A stretch of DNA of 64,000 nt from Octopus vulgaris (lineage: Eukaryota), in assembly GCA_951406725.2 (NCBI GenBank), contig OX597815.1:183768001-183832000 (forward strand), given 5' to 3'. This document shows, one piece after another, positions 1 to 13,360 of this stretch; position 1 is the stretch's first letter; every line of letters starts with the position of its first letter. A program made the translations under genes and the position numbers. The notes below the pieces were generated by a model. It saw only the letters and a program-made list of their open reading frames with translations. It ran no database searches and was not told the DNA's origin.

Positions 1-99
1 ATTAGAATTATTCCTCGTTATATGGCAGATAACCTAGTGAGTATACGTTTGTCCTCATGGTCTAAATTAGGGTGTATATATATATATATATATATATAT

Positions 100-398
100 C
101 ACATGATCACGTGACCGACCAGGCAATCAGATGTTGCTACACATCACTGGTCACAATGCGCTTTGCATTGTTTTAGCTTTCAAATGACGCCACCCTGCTG
201 GCTAAGCGAGCAGGCCAAGAGAAGAAAGAGTGAGAGAAAGTTGCAGCGAAAGAGTATAGCGGGGATCGCCACCCACCCCCTACCGGAGCCTCGTGGAGCT
301 TTAGGTGTTTTCGCTCAATAAACACTCACAACGCCTGGTCTAGGAATCGAAACCGCGTTCCCACGACCGCGAGTTCGCTGCCCTAACCAATGGGGCAT
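100..398 (-). mobile_element. tRNA-derived SINE (OR-type head, tail A)
   Basis: Minus strand has a tRNA-like head (tggttagggcagcg...ggtttcgattcc) and the tail ...ggtcggtcacgtgatc. Homologous to 39766-40068 and 41720-42026. Confidence 0.85.
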
Positions 399-749
399 AT
401 ATATATATATTATATGTAGAAAAATACAAACTGGGACAAGAACGTAAAACATTTAGAAGACGATACAAAAAACACGGACGGGACATTCGAAGCCTTCAAT
501 CTTCAGTCAAGAACCGGATCATCCTCGCAATTTCGGCTGATTAATCTTGAGATCACTCCGATCCGGCCAGCCCCAGGAAAAACTAAGCTACGAGCATTAG
601 ATTTCTTGGAAAAAGGATCGAATGTATACGAAACAAGGACAGAAAAACGGACGATGCCACACGAATATAAATACAAAAAACAATAATAGTAATAACAGGA
701 CAAAAACAGCGGGTGTCTTACGACTATAGACAGTACAACTTATATATAT

Positions 750-1900
750 ATAAACTTAGATAAACTTAGATATGTTTCGACCAGAGATTGGTCCAGGCCA
801 TCTCTAACTTAATAGCACCACCTGATAGGATTATTCGAATCCTGTTTAAGTCAAGTTTTGTTCAAGTAGTGAGTTCTTGTTGGGTGAGTTGTATCCAATT
901 ATGGGTGGCTTATCTGGTATTCTTTGAAGGAATCTATCCAGACTCTGTTTAAAGTTGATGGGATCCTCTTCCTCTTTGATCTCCCTCGGGACAATGTTAA
1001 ATAGGGCAGGGCCTTTTGAGGAAAAGAAATTATGTTGCAGTGTACATGTATGTCGTGATCTTGAATTTGGCAGGGGACGTATAGCCCGTGGTCCAAGTCT
1101 TGGATGAACCTTGAAGCTAATGTTTAGGTCGTTTGGGCAAAGTTGGCGGTATATTTTCCACATCGTACAAATGATGTACCGCTCACGGCGACGCTGGAGG
1201 GAGTAAAGTTTCAAGGCTTTAAGGCGATCCCAATAATGGAGAGCAGCCATGCCTTCAATTTGTTTAGTGAGAGCCCTCTGGGGTGACTCAATTCTGGAGA
1301 TGTTTTGTCTTGTGTGAGGAGACCACAGTGGGCAGCAGTATTCAAGGTGTGGCCGTACAAAGGAGGAAAAAGTGGTATGATGACACCTTGTTCTCTGGAC
1401 CGGAAAGTTCTTAAGATCCAGGAACTCATCCTACGAGCTATATCGACCTTCTTGTTGATGTGTGCACTCCAACTGAGATCGTCATCAACAAGTACACCCA
1501 GGTCTCTGATATTGTTAGAGGCTGTGAGCGGTTCCCCCGAAGGAAGAGAGTATGGTTGTTTTAGTGAGGAATTTCTTCCAAAATGCATCAGCTCAAATTT
1601 TCCCTCATTCAGTTGCATTTTGTTTCTGTCTGCCCATTGACTCACAGCATATAGATCAGACTGGAGTTGAGTTCGGTCCGCTTCTTCATTGACGATTTGC
1701 TGGAGCTTAGTGTCATCAGCGAATATTTTCACTTTGCAGTGATGTACGACACTGGAAAGGTCGTTTACGTAAATTATGAAGAGTAGCGGACCCAAAACAG
1801 TTCCCTGGGGAACACCGCTGGTGACTTTTGCTGGGTTTGAGTGGACTCTATCAACTACAACATGTGTTCTATTCGCCAGGAAATACTTAATCCAGTATAA
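750..1900 (-). mobile_element. 5'-truncated CR1-group LINE: RT and C-terminal domain, frameshifted
   Basis: SGVPQGTVLGPLLFIIYVNDL...KIFADDTK in ORF 1211-2191 continues by frameshift into ORF 846-1250 (YWDRLKALKLYSLQRRRER). The 3' tail has tandem ATCTAAGTTT near 750-770. Confidence 0.9.
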
Positions 1901-2006
1901 ACCCTCCTTCTTCCCTTCTTTCCTGAGCGTCCAATAATACTTTATTTGTTCCACGTTCTCGCGTTGTTGTGTTTTTTTGCTTTTTTGTGTTTTCTTGTTT
2001 GGATTA

Positions 2007-2064
<58 letters not shown>

Positions 2065-2708
2065 CATATACATATGCATATATATATATATATACGCATA
2101 CACACACAAACACACACATACACACAGACACACACACACATACACTACAAACAAAACACACACACAATACATATACATACAATACACACACACATACTTC
2201 AAATTAGCAGTACCGCTCACTGACTTTCTTCCACATGGGTAGACACAAGAGCCACTCTTAATTCCTTCTTCCTTGACCTTAAACAATACTAAGCCCTACC
2301 ACACACATAGATTAACAGCCACAACCACACACACACACACACACATGTTATCATTGCACACATACACATATACACACACACGCACACGCAGACCTGCGCG
2401 CACGCACGTATCCACACTTACACACACATACCTCTTCTTGCATTCTCCTGTCTTTGAAAGAACTTTTCTTCACCCATTCCTTTCCAGCCATTCAAAATGT
2501 GACCGCGTGTGTACCGTTGGCGATTTTTTTCCCTCCGTCTTCCCTTCTCTGGATCTTTCTTTTTCCAATGTTTCTGACGAAGAGCTCCGCTCGAAACGTT
2601 AAACCCTCCGTCTTCCCTTCCTTCCTGAGCGTCCAATAATACTATATTTGTTCCACGTCCTCGCGTTGTTGTGTTTTCTCTTTGTGTTTTCATGTTTGGA
2701 TTAACTTT
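1899..2708 (+). mobile_element. Penelope-like non-autonomous element: partial pLTR, microsatellite-filled body, full pLTR with HHR
   Basis: Direct repeat 1899-2010 vs 2601-2708, HHR at 2570-2604, and a homologous pLTR at 36781-36968. Confidence 0.7.
2570..2604 (+). ncRNA. Minimal type I hammerhead ribozyme motif
   Basis: GTTT-CTGACGA-A-GAGC(TCC)GCTC-GAAA-CG-TT-AAAC. Stems I and II pair; stem III is the palindrome AACGTT. Confidence 0.75.
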
Positions 2709-2716
2709 ATATACAT

Positions 2717-3122
2717 AGGAGTGGCTGTGTGGTAAGTAGCTTGTTTACCAACCACATGGTTCCGGGTTCAGTCCCACTGCGTGGCACCTTGGGCAAGTGT
2801 CTTCTGCTATAGCCTCGGGCCGACCAATGCCTTGTGAGTGGATTTGGTAGACGGAAACTGAAAGAAGCCCATCGTATATATGTATATATATGTATGTGCG
2901 TATATGTTTGTGTGTCTGTGTTTGTCCCCCTAGCATTGCTTGACAACCGATGTTGGTGTGTTTATGTCCCCGTAACTTAGCGGTTCGGCAAAAGAGACTG
3001 ATAGAATAAGTACTGGGCTTACAAAGAATAAGTCCCGGGGTCGATTTACTCGACTAAAGGCGGTGCTCCAGCATGGCCGCAGTCAAATGACTGAAACAAG
3101 TAAAAGAGTAAAAGAGTAAAAG
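2717..3122 (+). mobile_element. CORE-like tRNA SINE with internal (TA/TG)n microsatellite
   Basis: tRNA-like head, CORE-like ccttgggcaagtgtctt, and (GTAAAAGA)n tail. More than 10 copies in the window. Confidence 0.85.
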
Positions 3123-3669
3123 ATATATATACATACAATAGTTGTGACTTAACTTTTATCAAATTCGCCATTCTCTTTGTTTTATTTTCCTTTTCCGTGC
3201 CAATCTACACTGTTTTCTTTGCCTAGATTCTCCCCCAACATCTTGTTTTTAGTTTCCTGAAACAGTTAACCGAAAAAGATTGTACGCATATGCTTTAGTG
3301 GCGTGTGTTTCATTCAGTGTAGTTCAAAGTATTGTAAGTCTGGTGTGGTCGCTTACGTATGCTCTACAAGTTGCTTAGAAATTTTTTTTTATTGTTAATA
3401 TAAGAGAAAGTTGTTTGAATTGAAAAAAGGAAAAAAAAAAAAGCAATCTTTGGGAAAACTATAAATTGCTTACTGGTGATAATATTTACTGATTTCCTTG
3501 TTTAGCACTCTCACACATACTCTCTCTCTCTCACTCCCTCTATATGTTGTAAAGCGTGCCTGGAGAGATTAATCGATCAACCAAACTAACATACCAACCA
3601 ACCAACCCGCCAATTGTTAACGGCCATTAAATGTATGTATGTATATATGTATGTATTTGAAATATATGT

Positions 3670-3891
3670 TCTTTTATTCTTTTACTTGTTAGAGTCATTT
3701 GAGTGCGGCCAACCTGGAGCATCGCCTTTAGTCGAAAAAATCGCCCCCAAGACTTATTCTTTGCAAGCTTGGTACTTATTCTATCGGTTCTCTTTTGCCG
3801 AGCCGCTAGATTACAGGGACGTAAACACACCAACATCGGTTGTCAAGCAATGGTGGGGGCAAACACAGACACACATAACACACATACCTAC

Positions 3892-3969
<78 letters not shown>

Positions 3970-4115
3970 GACGAGCTTCTTTCAGTTACCGAATCTACTC
4001 GCAAGGCTTTGATCAGCCCTAGGCTATAGTAGAGGACACTTGCCCAAGTTGCCACGCAGTAGGACTGAACCCGAAACGATGTGGTTGGGAAGCAAGCTTC
4101 TTACCACACAGCCAC
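3670..4115 (-). mobile_element. CORE-like SINE
   Basis: Reverse-complement homolog of 2717-3122. Confidence 0.85.
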
Positions 4116-5337
4116 ATAATGTATAAATATATGTGTGTTTATACACGCACTACATTTTAATTCCAAGTAATTGAACTCAGAACGTAACGGCAGACGAAAT
4201 AGCCTTAAATAGAATATCAATAATACAAATGAACTAATACATCTACTACCAATCTACCAACACATTAATAACATCCCCGACTAGTTGACTGGCCATGTGG
4301 CATATTCGCCGTAACCCCGAATGAAGGCTACTGACATTTTAATAGAGAACATGCTTATTACTAATCGACGTAACATTATACCTCTTAGTATTTTGTGCAC
4401 CAAACGTGTCTTCTACTTCAGCTTCTTCATAAAACTTTCTCATGTTTTTTTCCTTTGAAACTGTTACTTTTCATAAATTCAGTTTCGAAACATTCCGTTT
4501 ACCTATTTAAATGATACGAACAAAGTTTCTGGGTAAGTTAGATGAAAGCTCAGACATTGACCTCTCTACAAAGAAATATTATTTTTCCATTTGAAGCAAT
4601 AATGATTTTCATTCTCTTTTCATGTTCTGTATTATGGAAGAAATTTTATTTTCTAACATTGCTACCTTTGTCTTCAAAGTGTTCATTTCTGCATATAATC
4701 TTAAGACCAATGAAATTTTATAACTAATATAAATGATATTCGACTTGTAAAAACATAAGGACAGCATCAGAAAAGACAGTTTAATCGAAGATACGAAGAT
4801 CTCTATTTTTATTCGGTGACATTTGTACACGTAAAACCATAACAGAAAACACCGCTTCCAATATAACTTGGAGAGTCAGTGAACAAAACAGATCTAGAAT
4901 AGATTATATATATTATACAGACTTTCAAATATTAACTGTTAAGATTTTTATTCGATCTCCAAATCAGACAGGTTGTCAGGGAACTCAATAGTCACTATAA
5001 TGTGTTTTTTTTTCCCGTCTTAAATGACATGAAAATATCTAAGACTAGACATCCCGCTTGCCACACAACAACTAAGAAGTAAATATTCCAACAAATTTGG
5101 TTGTCCTTGATTTAAGTCGTAATATACAATTAATCATTAACATGTCCTGTTTTCCTATTCACGTTTTAGCTTCTAGTTTACTTGACTTTTTGTTTTACTA
5201 AAATGTATCCCAAATCTGTGTTAAATGATTTGGCCTCTGTCGTTGTGTCACGGTCGAGTTGGTACCAAACCTATTTTGGCGTCCGCCCATTTGGTGGGAA
5301 ACGTTTTGTCACCAGGCAATATGCGTAGGTTACTTGA

Positions 5338-5960
5338 AGCGGCGAACTGGAAGAATCGTTAGCACGCCGGTCGAAATGCTTTGCGGTATTTCGTCTGCCG
5401 CTACGTTCTGAGTTCAAATTCCGCCGAGGTCGACTTTGCCTTTCATCCTTCCGGGGTCGATTAAATAAGTACCAGTTACGCACTGGGGTCGACATAATGG
5501 ACTTAATCCGTTTGTCTGTTCTTGTTTGTCCCCTCTGTGTTTAGCCCCTTGTGGGCAGTAAAGAAATAGGAATTTCTTCTGCCTTCACGTTCTGAGTTCA
5601 AATGCCGTCGAGGTCGACTTTGCCTTTCATCCTTTCGGGGTCGATAAATTAACTACTGGTGAAACACTGGGGTCGATATAATCGACTATCCCCCTCCCCA
5701 TAAATTTCAGGCCTTGTGCTTATAGTAGAAAGGAATATGTGCAGTTTACTTGAGGCGGCGAGCAGGCAGAATGGTTACCACGTTGGACAACGTGCCTAGC
5801 GGTATTTCGTTTGAGTTCAAATTCCTCCGAGATCGACTTTACCCTTCACCCTTCACCGTTCAGGATCAATAGAATATGTACCAGTTGAGGGCTGGGATCG
5901 ATGTAAACGAGTTACCATCTCCCTTGAAAGTTCAGGCATTGTGCCTATTCTAGAAAGGAT
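5338..5960 (+). mobile_element. Cluster of tRNA SINE units with gtcgactttgcctttcatcctt central domain (Meta-domain-like)
   Basis: Three consecutive units containing ttctgagttcaaattccgccgaggtcgactttgcctttcatcc...aagtaccag. Confidence 0.8.
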
Positions 5961-6313
5961 TATTAGAAGTACAGATGCACAGAAAAAATAAGACAATATT
6001 TTTTTGTTCTACACACTTACACCGAAAACGTAATTTAGGTTAGAGCTAAAAAATTATGCGGATGTTGAATGCACCATTACTTAAAGTTTAAACTATGAAA
6101 ATACATAAAACGATATAATTTACTAATATTTCATCTTTGTATACGGTTTGCCAGATTATTGATGTATATTTCTGTGTTGAAACAGAACCTGTTGTATTTT
6201 AGGACGGCCATTATGTTAATAAAGACAGGCACTGGTTCTATTTCACGTCTTTCTTATATCATTATTTGTCAAATAAATTGGCGAGCTGGGACAATCGTTA
6301 GCACACCGGAAAA

Positions 6314-6510
6314 TGTGTGTGTGTGTGTTTGTATGTGTATGTTTGTGTGCCTGTGATTACGTCCCCGTAAACTAGCGGTTCGGCAAAAGATACCGATAGA
6401 ATAAGTACTATGCTTACAGAGAATAAGTCCTGAGGTCGAATTGCTCGACAAAAGGCAGTGCTCCAGCATGGCTTCGGACAAATGACTGAAACAAGTAAAC
6501 GCATAAAAGA
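6314..6510 (+). mobile_element. CORE-like SINE 3' half, preceded by a head fragment of the Meta-like SINE
   Basis: Matches the 3' part of 2717-3122. 6279-6312 matches the head of the other SINE family. Confidence 0.75.
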
Positions 6511-6517
6511 ATATACA

Positions 6518-7140
<623 letters not shown>

Positions 7141-8049
7141 CTTGTTGGAATTTATGAGGAGTAAAACTCAAGATATGAGTGTATATATGTGCGGTTCTGT
7201 AATGTCTCTATGAATATACACACCTACGTCTTTGTATGTGTGCATCATTGCATCTGTGACTCTGTGTATTAAGAAAGCATGTTTATCAATTATTTCTTGT
7301 ATAATTTTTTAAATTGTTTTTTTCACCGACGTTATATATTCGACTGGATATTTCTTTTAGCCTTGCGTTCTGACTTCAAGTTCTACCGATACCGACTTTG
7401 ACTTTTATCATTTCGGGGTCGATAAAATACGTCCCAGTTGAACACTGGGTCGGTGCAATCGAGTTTCCCCTGTACCCTCAAATTTTAGGCTTCGTTCCTA
7501 TAGTAGAAAGAAGTATTATTTGTCAACCAGTTAACTCATCAATTGGTTGACTAATCGTTCGATCAGTCAACCAATTAAGTTCGTCAGCGACCTGTCGTCG
7601 CCATTATATGTTCTCACTATTACCTGTCTGTGTGTCACTTTGCTTTCAGAATCTCTATTTTCATTTATGTGATGTGAGTGAAAATGTGAAAGAGAAAGTG
7701 AGAACGCATGTATGTGTGTGTGTGTGTGCTTGCATGCGTGTGTACCTGTATGTGTGAGTAAGTGTGTATAAGAAGCCGTATATGTGCATGTGTGAGAGTG
7801 CGGGTTTGTGTATGTGTATGGTGTAGATTCTGTGGGAGGTGGAACTCGTTAACGTTTGTTTATTTATTTGTGAAATGGACACTTTGCGTGTAGGTGTGTG
7901 CTGTGTGTGTGCGCATGCGTACATGGACATTCAAGCTTACTCTCTTTCTTTCTTCCTTAATTTTTTTTTTAATTTTTGCAATGAGGCAGATCAGGTTGCA
8001 ATTGTATTGACGACTTTCATCTTTCATTCAAATATAAGCGTATACTTCA

Positions 8050-8060
8050 CACATACAGAA

Positions 8061-8091
<31 letters not shown>

Positions 8092-8548
8092 CAAACACAT
8101 CGACTTACAAACTCACACAGATACAGACACACACACGCACACACACACACACGCATACACATACACACACGTACAAACACACACAGGCACACACACACAC
8201 AGGCACACACACACACTCACACACACCTACACAGACACATACACACACGCACACACACACGCATACACACACGTACACACACAAACGCACATACACGCAC
8301 ACACACACACAAGCACACAAACACACACCCTCACACACACATACACAGACACACCCACACACAGACACACCTACGCGCATACACATACACGCACGTACAC
8401 ACACAAACGCACACACACAAACACACACATACACACACACTGACACACACACTCACACAAACTCACGCACACACAGACTCACAAATACAAGCACACATAC
8501 ACACAAACACAAGCACACACACACACACACATACACACACGCACACAC
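8050..8548. repeat. Degenerate (CA)n tract
   Basis: Direct reading; source of the THTH ORF 7839-8642. Confidence 0.95.
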
Positions 8549-8931
8549 CACTGTATGCTTTCTGACTTTCAGCTCTAGAAAGCTTTCTGAAGCTGGTGGT
8601 AGCAGGTGGTTTAACATGTCCTCCGCCGCAGTATCAGTTTGACACTGCGTTCATCGACCAATTTAATGCCAAGCTGCACATGCATAGTTGCATGCACCAA
8701 CAATGCACTGATAAGCACACACAAATTGATTCCCGTACATGATACCATATTGCTTACAGATTTTTCTCCCTTTTTTTTTTTGCAGGTTGTGGTGTGATCA
8801 TCGCATTTTACCATTATCTTTTATTAAGCGGTGGTTCCCATCCATTTATGAGTGTAGATTGGCGTATCTCCTTGTGTTATGTAGCTGCATCGATATCATT
8901 CCTCTATCCATCGCTATCTCTCTCTATATAT

Positions 8932-9348
8932 GTATTTCTTTATTGCCCACAAAGGGCTGAATATAGAGGGGACAAACAAGGACAGGCATAGGTATTAAGT
9001 CGATTACATCGACCTCAGTGCGTAACTGGTACTTAATTTATCGACCCCGAAAGGATGAATGGCAAAGTCGACCTCGGCGGAATTTGAACTCAGAACGTAA
9101 CGACAGACGAAATACCTATTTCTTTATTACCCACAAGGGGCTAAACACAGAGGGGACAAACAAGGACAGACAAAGGGATTAAGTCGATTACATCGACCTC
9201 AGTGCGTAACTGGTACTTAATTTATCGACCCCGAAAGGATGAAAGGCAAAGTCGACCTCGGCGGAATTTGAACTCAGAACGTAACGCAGACGAAATACCG
9301 CTAAGCATTTCACCCGGCGCTCTAACGTGACTGCCAGCTCGCCGCCTT
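8932..9348 (-). mobile_element. Meta-like SINE tandem dimer
   Basis: Two near-identical units on the minus strand, homologous to 5338-5570. Confidence 0.85.
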
Positions 9349-9372
9349 ATCTCTCTATGTATGAGTTTTCTT

Positions 9373-9725
9373 TCATATTTAGGCCATTCAGCAGTATTCT
9401 GCGATTAAGAATAAATTATTTCCATATTTGTATATTTAAATATATCTCAACGCTTCTAAAAAAACCAAGCTTTGTTTATATACATCGTAATTTCCCATAT
9501 AGCGTCTTTAAAAGCTAAATTTATAAGTTCAAAAATTGCAGCAGAATTTCTTAGTGGGCAGTTTAGCTTAAAGGTAAAGCATTTCACCAGTAATCACAGA
9601 AATATGAGTTCGAGTCTCATGGCTGGCTGCTAACAAATTTTTCTGCAATATATGGATGTTCCATCATATTTATGCTATTCGGCATTATTCTGCGTTTGAG
9701 AATAAATTATTTCCATCTCTGTATA
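9373..9725 (+). mobile_element. Element with 62-bp direct repeats and a tRNA-like module inside a hairpin
   Basis: Direct repeats 9373-9434 and 9664-9725; inverted repeats 9536-9562 and 9622-9648; D-arm gctt..aagc and T-arm atgag-ttcgagt-ctcat. Confidence 0.55.
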
Positions 9726-10308
9726 CTTCAGTTTATGTCGTTTAGTATGCCGTAATGTTTACCCTTCGCATACTGATAGACTACCGCTGTTATACGCTCC
9801 AGTGTGCCTCCAGTCTCTCGGCCACGTCCTTGCGAAGTCGCATGGTCTAGAGTTTAGCTTGTTGCATTCACAATCGCAAGGTCATGGATTCGATTTCCGG
9901 ACGTGGTGATGTGTTGTCTCTGGGAATAAAAACGCTTTATTTCACATTGAACCAGTCCACTCAGCTACAAACAAATAACAACTCTGAGACGGACTGGGGT
10001 CCAGTTCCGGTGGTTGAGTGTTGTGATCTCGAATACTTATACAGGGTGGAAACCGAGTAAAGGGCCGAATGAATCCCAGGGTCCAGACAGGAATGTCCAA
10101 TGTCCATACTGTGATAGAGACTTTAAGATAGTCGTCCATGAATTTGAACTAGTATACTATGTTTCTCATTTTGCCGTTGACCCTAGGGTTTGTATTACGA
10201 ACAATACAATCCTTATTGCTGCATAACATCCTATGAAAAGAGCATGTCCTACAGATCTGGGATCTAATCACACTCACGCATTTCACAGATCCGCACCATG
10301 ATGAGCAT

Positions 10309-10353
<45 letters not shown>

Positions 10354-10871
10354 CTCCCTTTCTCTTTCACATCCGTCTAAGGATAAACATAGGATCTGAA
10401 AACTGGGAGCCAGTAATAATAGTGAAGGTATGTTATTGATGAGGTTGCGAATGGCGACGAAAGGACTCTGTGAAACCCAGATTCTTGATTGTTTGATCTA
10501 TCGAACAAGGAATCAAGCAGTCGATTAGTTCATTAGTTAATTCAGTAAATAGTTCACTAGTTGACAAATAATAATAACAGAAGTGAAATTGAAACAACAC
10601 GTGTGTTTATTATTGGTATAACGGCCCTCCCAAGCTGCAACAAAATTTGCTTTTATACGCATACATATTGAAAATTTAGTTTTATTCACATCAAAGCTAA
10701 GGTATGACAACTTATTTTGTCAACAATAAAGGGAATAGCTGATCAAGATTTTGTAATAGAGTAGTTTGGTAGTATTAACTTTTCAATTTAAAATTATGTT
10801 TAAATAGTTTTTAATTTGAAAACTTTTGTATCACTAAAATATCTTTCGCTAAACAAGTTTCCCATCCAATT

Positions 10872-11083
10872 ACTCTTTTACTCTTTTACTTGTTTCAGTC
10901 ATTTGACTGCGGTCATGATGGAGCATCACCTTTAGTCGAGCAAATCGACCCTAGGACTTATTCTCTGTAAGCCTAGTACTTATTCTATTGGTATCTTTTG
11001 CTGAACTGCTAAGTTACGGGGACGCAAACACACCACCATCGGTTGTCAAGCGATGTTGGGGGGACAAACACAGACACACAAAC

Positions 11084-11118
<35 letters not shown>

Positions 11119-11290
11119 CATATATACGACGGGCTTCTTTCAGTTTCCATCTACCAGATCCACTCACGAGGCTTTGCTCGGCCCGAGGCTATAGTAGAAG
11201 ACACTTGCCCAAGGTGCCACGCAGTGGGACTGAACCTGGAACTATGCGGTTGGTAAGCAAGCTACTTACCACACAGCCTCTCCTGCGCCT
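10872..11290 (-). mobile_element. CORE-like SINE, full length
   Basis: Homolog of 2717-3122. Confidence 0.87.
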
Positions 11291-12976
11291 ATTGTTGACC
11301 TTTAGCTTCGCATGTACTGTATCATGCGAATTTACAAGTGAAAAGGATTATAATTCTTATAATAACAATCAGTGTATGTCGTGTGCTAAGCAATATTTTA
11401 CATTTGTGGCAGGAATTCGTTTCTGTATTTACTTATACTGAGATGTAGGCGTCGAATTGGCAGAATCCTTAGAAAATCCTACACATACCTTCGCTGTATT
11501 TGTACTGATTTGCTGTGTTCTGAATTCAAATTCTATCTTTGTGTCAAGGTCAGCTTTTACTCTCATCCATTCGTGATCGATAAACAATACCAATCCTAGG
11601 TGGCAGATTCGTGTAATTGTAAAGATGTCAGACCGGATGTCTCTGCGGTTTCTGTTCTTGAAATCCCAACATATCTTACCTCTGCGTTAGGCTTGACCCG
11701 TCGCTCTGTTTAACCCCTTGCATGCATTCATGGTATCTAATCTATTTCAAGCATTCGGACTATGTTTTAGATACTCTCTCTCTCTCTCTCTCTTTCTTTC
11801 ACTTACCAGTCTCGCAAAACATGTCATGAGCAGTACCTTGCTTTTTGACTGAAATATAAAACGCGAAGAGATTTAATCGTAACTCTCTAGTATACTTCTG
11901 TATCCTTAATTCTTTAAGAGTAAGAAATCCAATACTTTTCTTGTGTACACAAAGGAGATATTGGTTGTTTATTTAAGTTAAAATTATTTTTAAAGAACTT
12001 ATCGAGAGGAGGACGGATTATGTTCACGATCTTATCAAGGGCCTTCGAGACTACTTGGAGGGAAAAGAGGACTGCTGACATTACCGGAACTATTGCATCA
12101 GAATGAAATCCGTTTTAGGAAGCCGATATGTAGGAATTTAATAAACCTGGCAATCGATTAAGTTCACCAATTTTCAAACGTTTATGCTTTTTTAATTTCT
12201 ATTCCGAAGCACATTTAGGTTAAACAACGTGAACTAAACGGACTATAAATGGCTTCGACTTTTGTTGTTACACATGAGATTTGTCTTATTAAAAATGTTG
12301 AGTATTGCTCCAGGTGGAGGCCATTTCCTTTTTGTGTTGGTTTATGTGGGATATAGTATACTTATCAAACTCGAAAGCTGTTAAAATTTTAAATTGATAT
12401 GACTTGTGTCTTATTTGCAGTTATTTGTCACATGACGGTCATTGTTTCTTTTGTCGTAAACTCTACTTGACGAGACATCGACATATCTACTGATAAGAAT
12501 TTTCTCAATCAAAAATTCTTTGTTGTAAAAGTTTAGTGGTTCTTACTGTGATATTTACTTTTCATACATTGTTTGGATGTCAAGACAAAGTGTTTTACAA
12601 GGTTTTCCCCAAGAATTTGTAATTGAATCCAACGTCCCTGGGGCTAATTTAATTTGCTAGATATTTTCAAAGAAAATTTAATCAAACCTCCACTTCTACA
12701 CACGTACGTACGTAAGTACGCACACGTACACACGCACACACACACAAACATACACAACACACACGAGCCAATATAGATAAATGTATAGCCAGTATAGATA
12801 CATGTATAGATTCATACATACATGCATACATACTGAAAAGTGTTAGATATGATGAATTCATTAAGGGCAGGGTGAGAAATTAAGAATTAAACAGAGTTAA
12901 AAACAGACGTTCATCACATCCTTTAAAATACAAAATGTCTATCACTTACATCATCTTTTCGGTACATATCCTAATA

Positions 12977-13360
12977 GTGGAGGCGCAATGGCCCAGTGGT
13001 TAGGGAAGCGGACTCGCGGTCGTAGGATCGTGGTTTCGATTCCCAGACCGGGCGTTGTGAGTGTTTATTGAGCGAAAATACCTAAAGCTCCACGAGGTTC
13101 CGGCAGGGGATGGTGGTGATCCCTGCTGTACTCTTTCACCACAACTTTCTCTCACTCTTACTTCCTGTTTCTGTTGTACCTGTATTTCAAGGGGCCGGCC
13201 TTGTCACTCTCTGTGTCACGCTGAATATCCCCGAGAACTACGTTAAGGGTACACGTGTCTGTGGAGTGCTCAGCCACTTACACGTTAATTTCACGAGCAG
13301 GCTGTTCCGTTGATCGGATCAACCGGAACCCTCGTCGTTGTAACCGACAGAGTGCTTCCA
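12977..13360 (+). mobile_element. tRNA-derived SINE (OR-type head, tail B), full length with TSD
   Basis: A/B-box head; TSD acatatcctaat at 12964-12975 and 13362-13373. Confidence 0.92.

Noticed and set aside
470-580. CTGAAGA..GAAG/CTTC-GAAT motif on the minus strand of a TA-embedded element
   Set aside because: No stem I and an altered GAAA; too degenerate to call.
762-812. HHR-shaped fold in the CR1 3' tail (ttaga..gacca/tggtc-GAAACATA-tctaa, minus strand)
   Set aside because: Lacks the CUGANGA core; more likely the LINE 3' stem-loop.
1901-2191. N-terminal part of the 326-aa RT ORF
   Set aside because: Chance read-through into the antisense pLTR and microsatellite; RT homology starts near 1900.
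10014-10226. CPYCDRDF as a C2H2 zinc finger
   Set aside because: Histidine spacing is wrong and there is no second finger or splice context.
12977-13055. SINE heads as true tRNA genes
   Set aside because: They continue into SINE bodies with TSDs and have imperfect cloverleaves.
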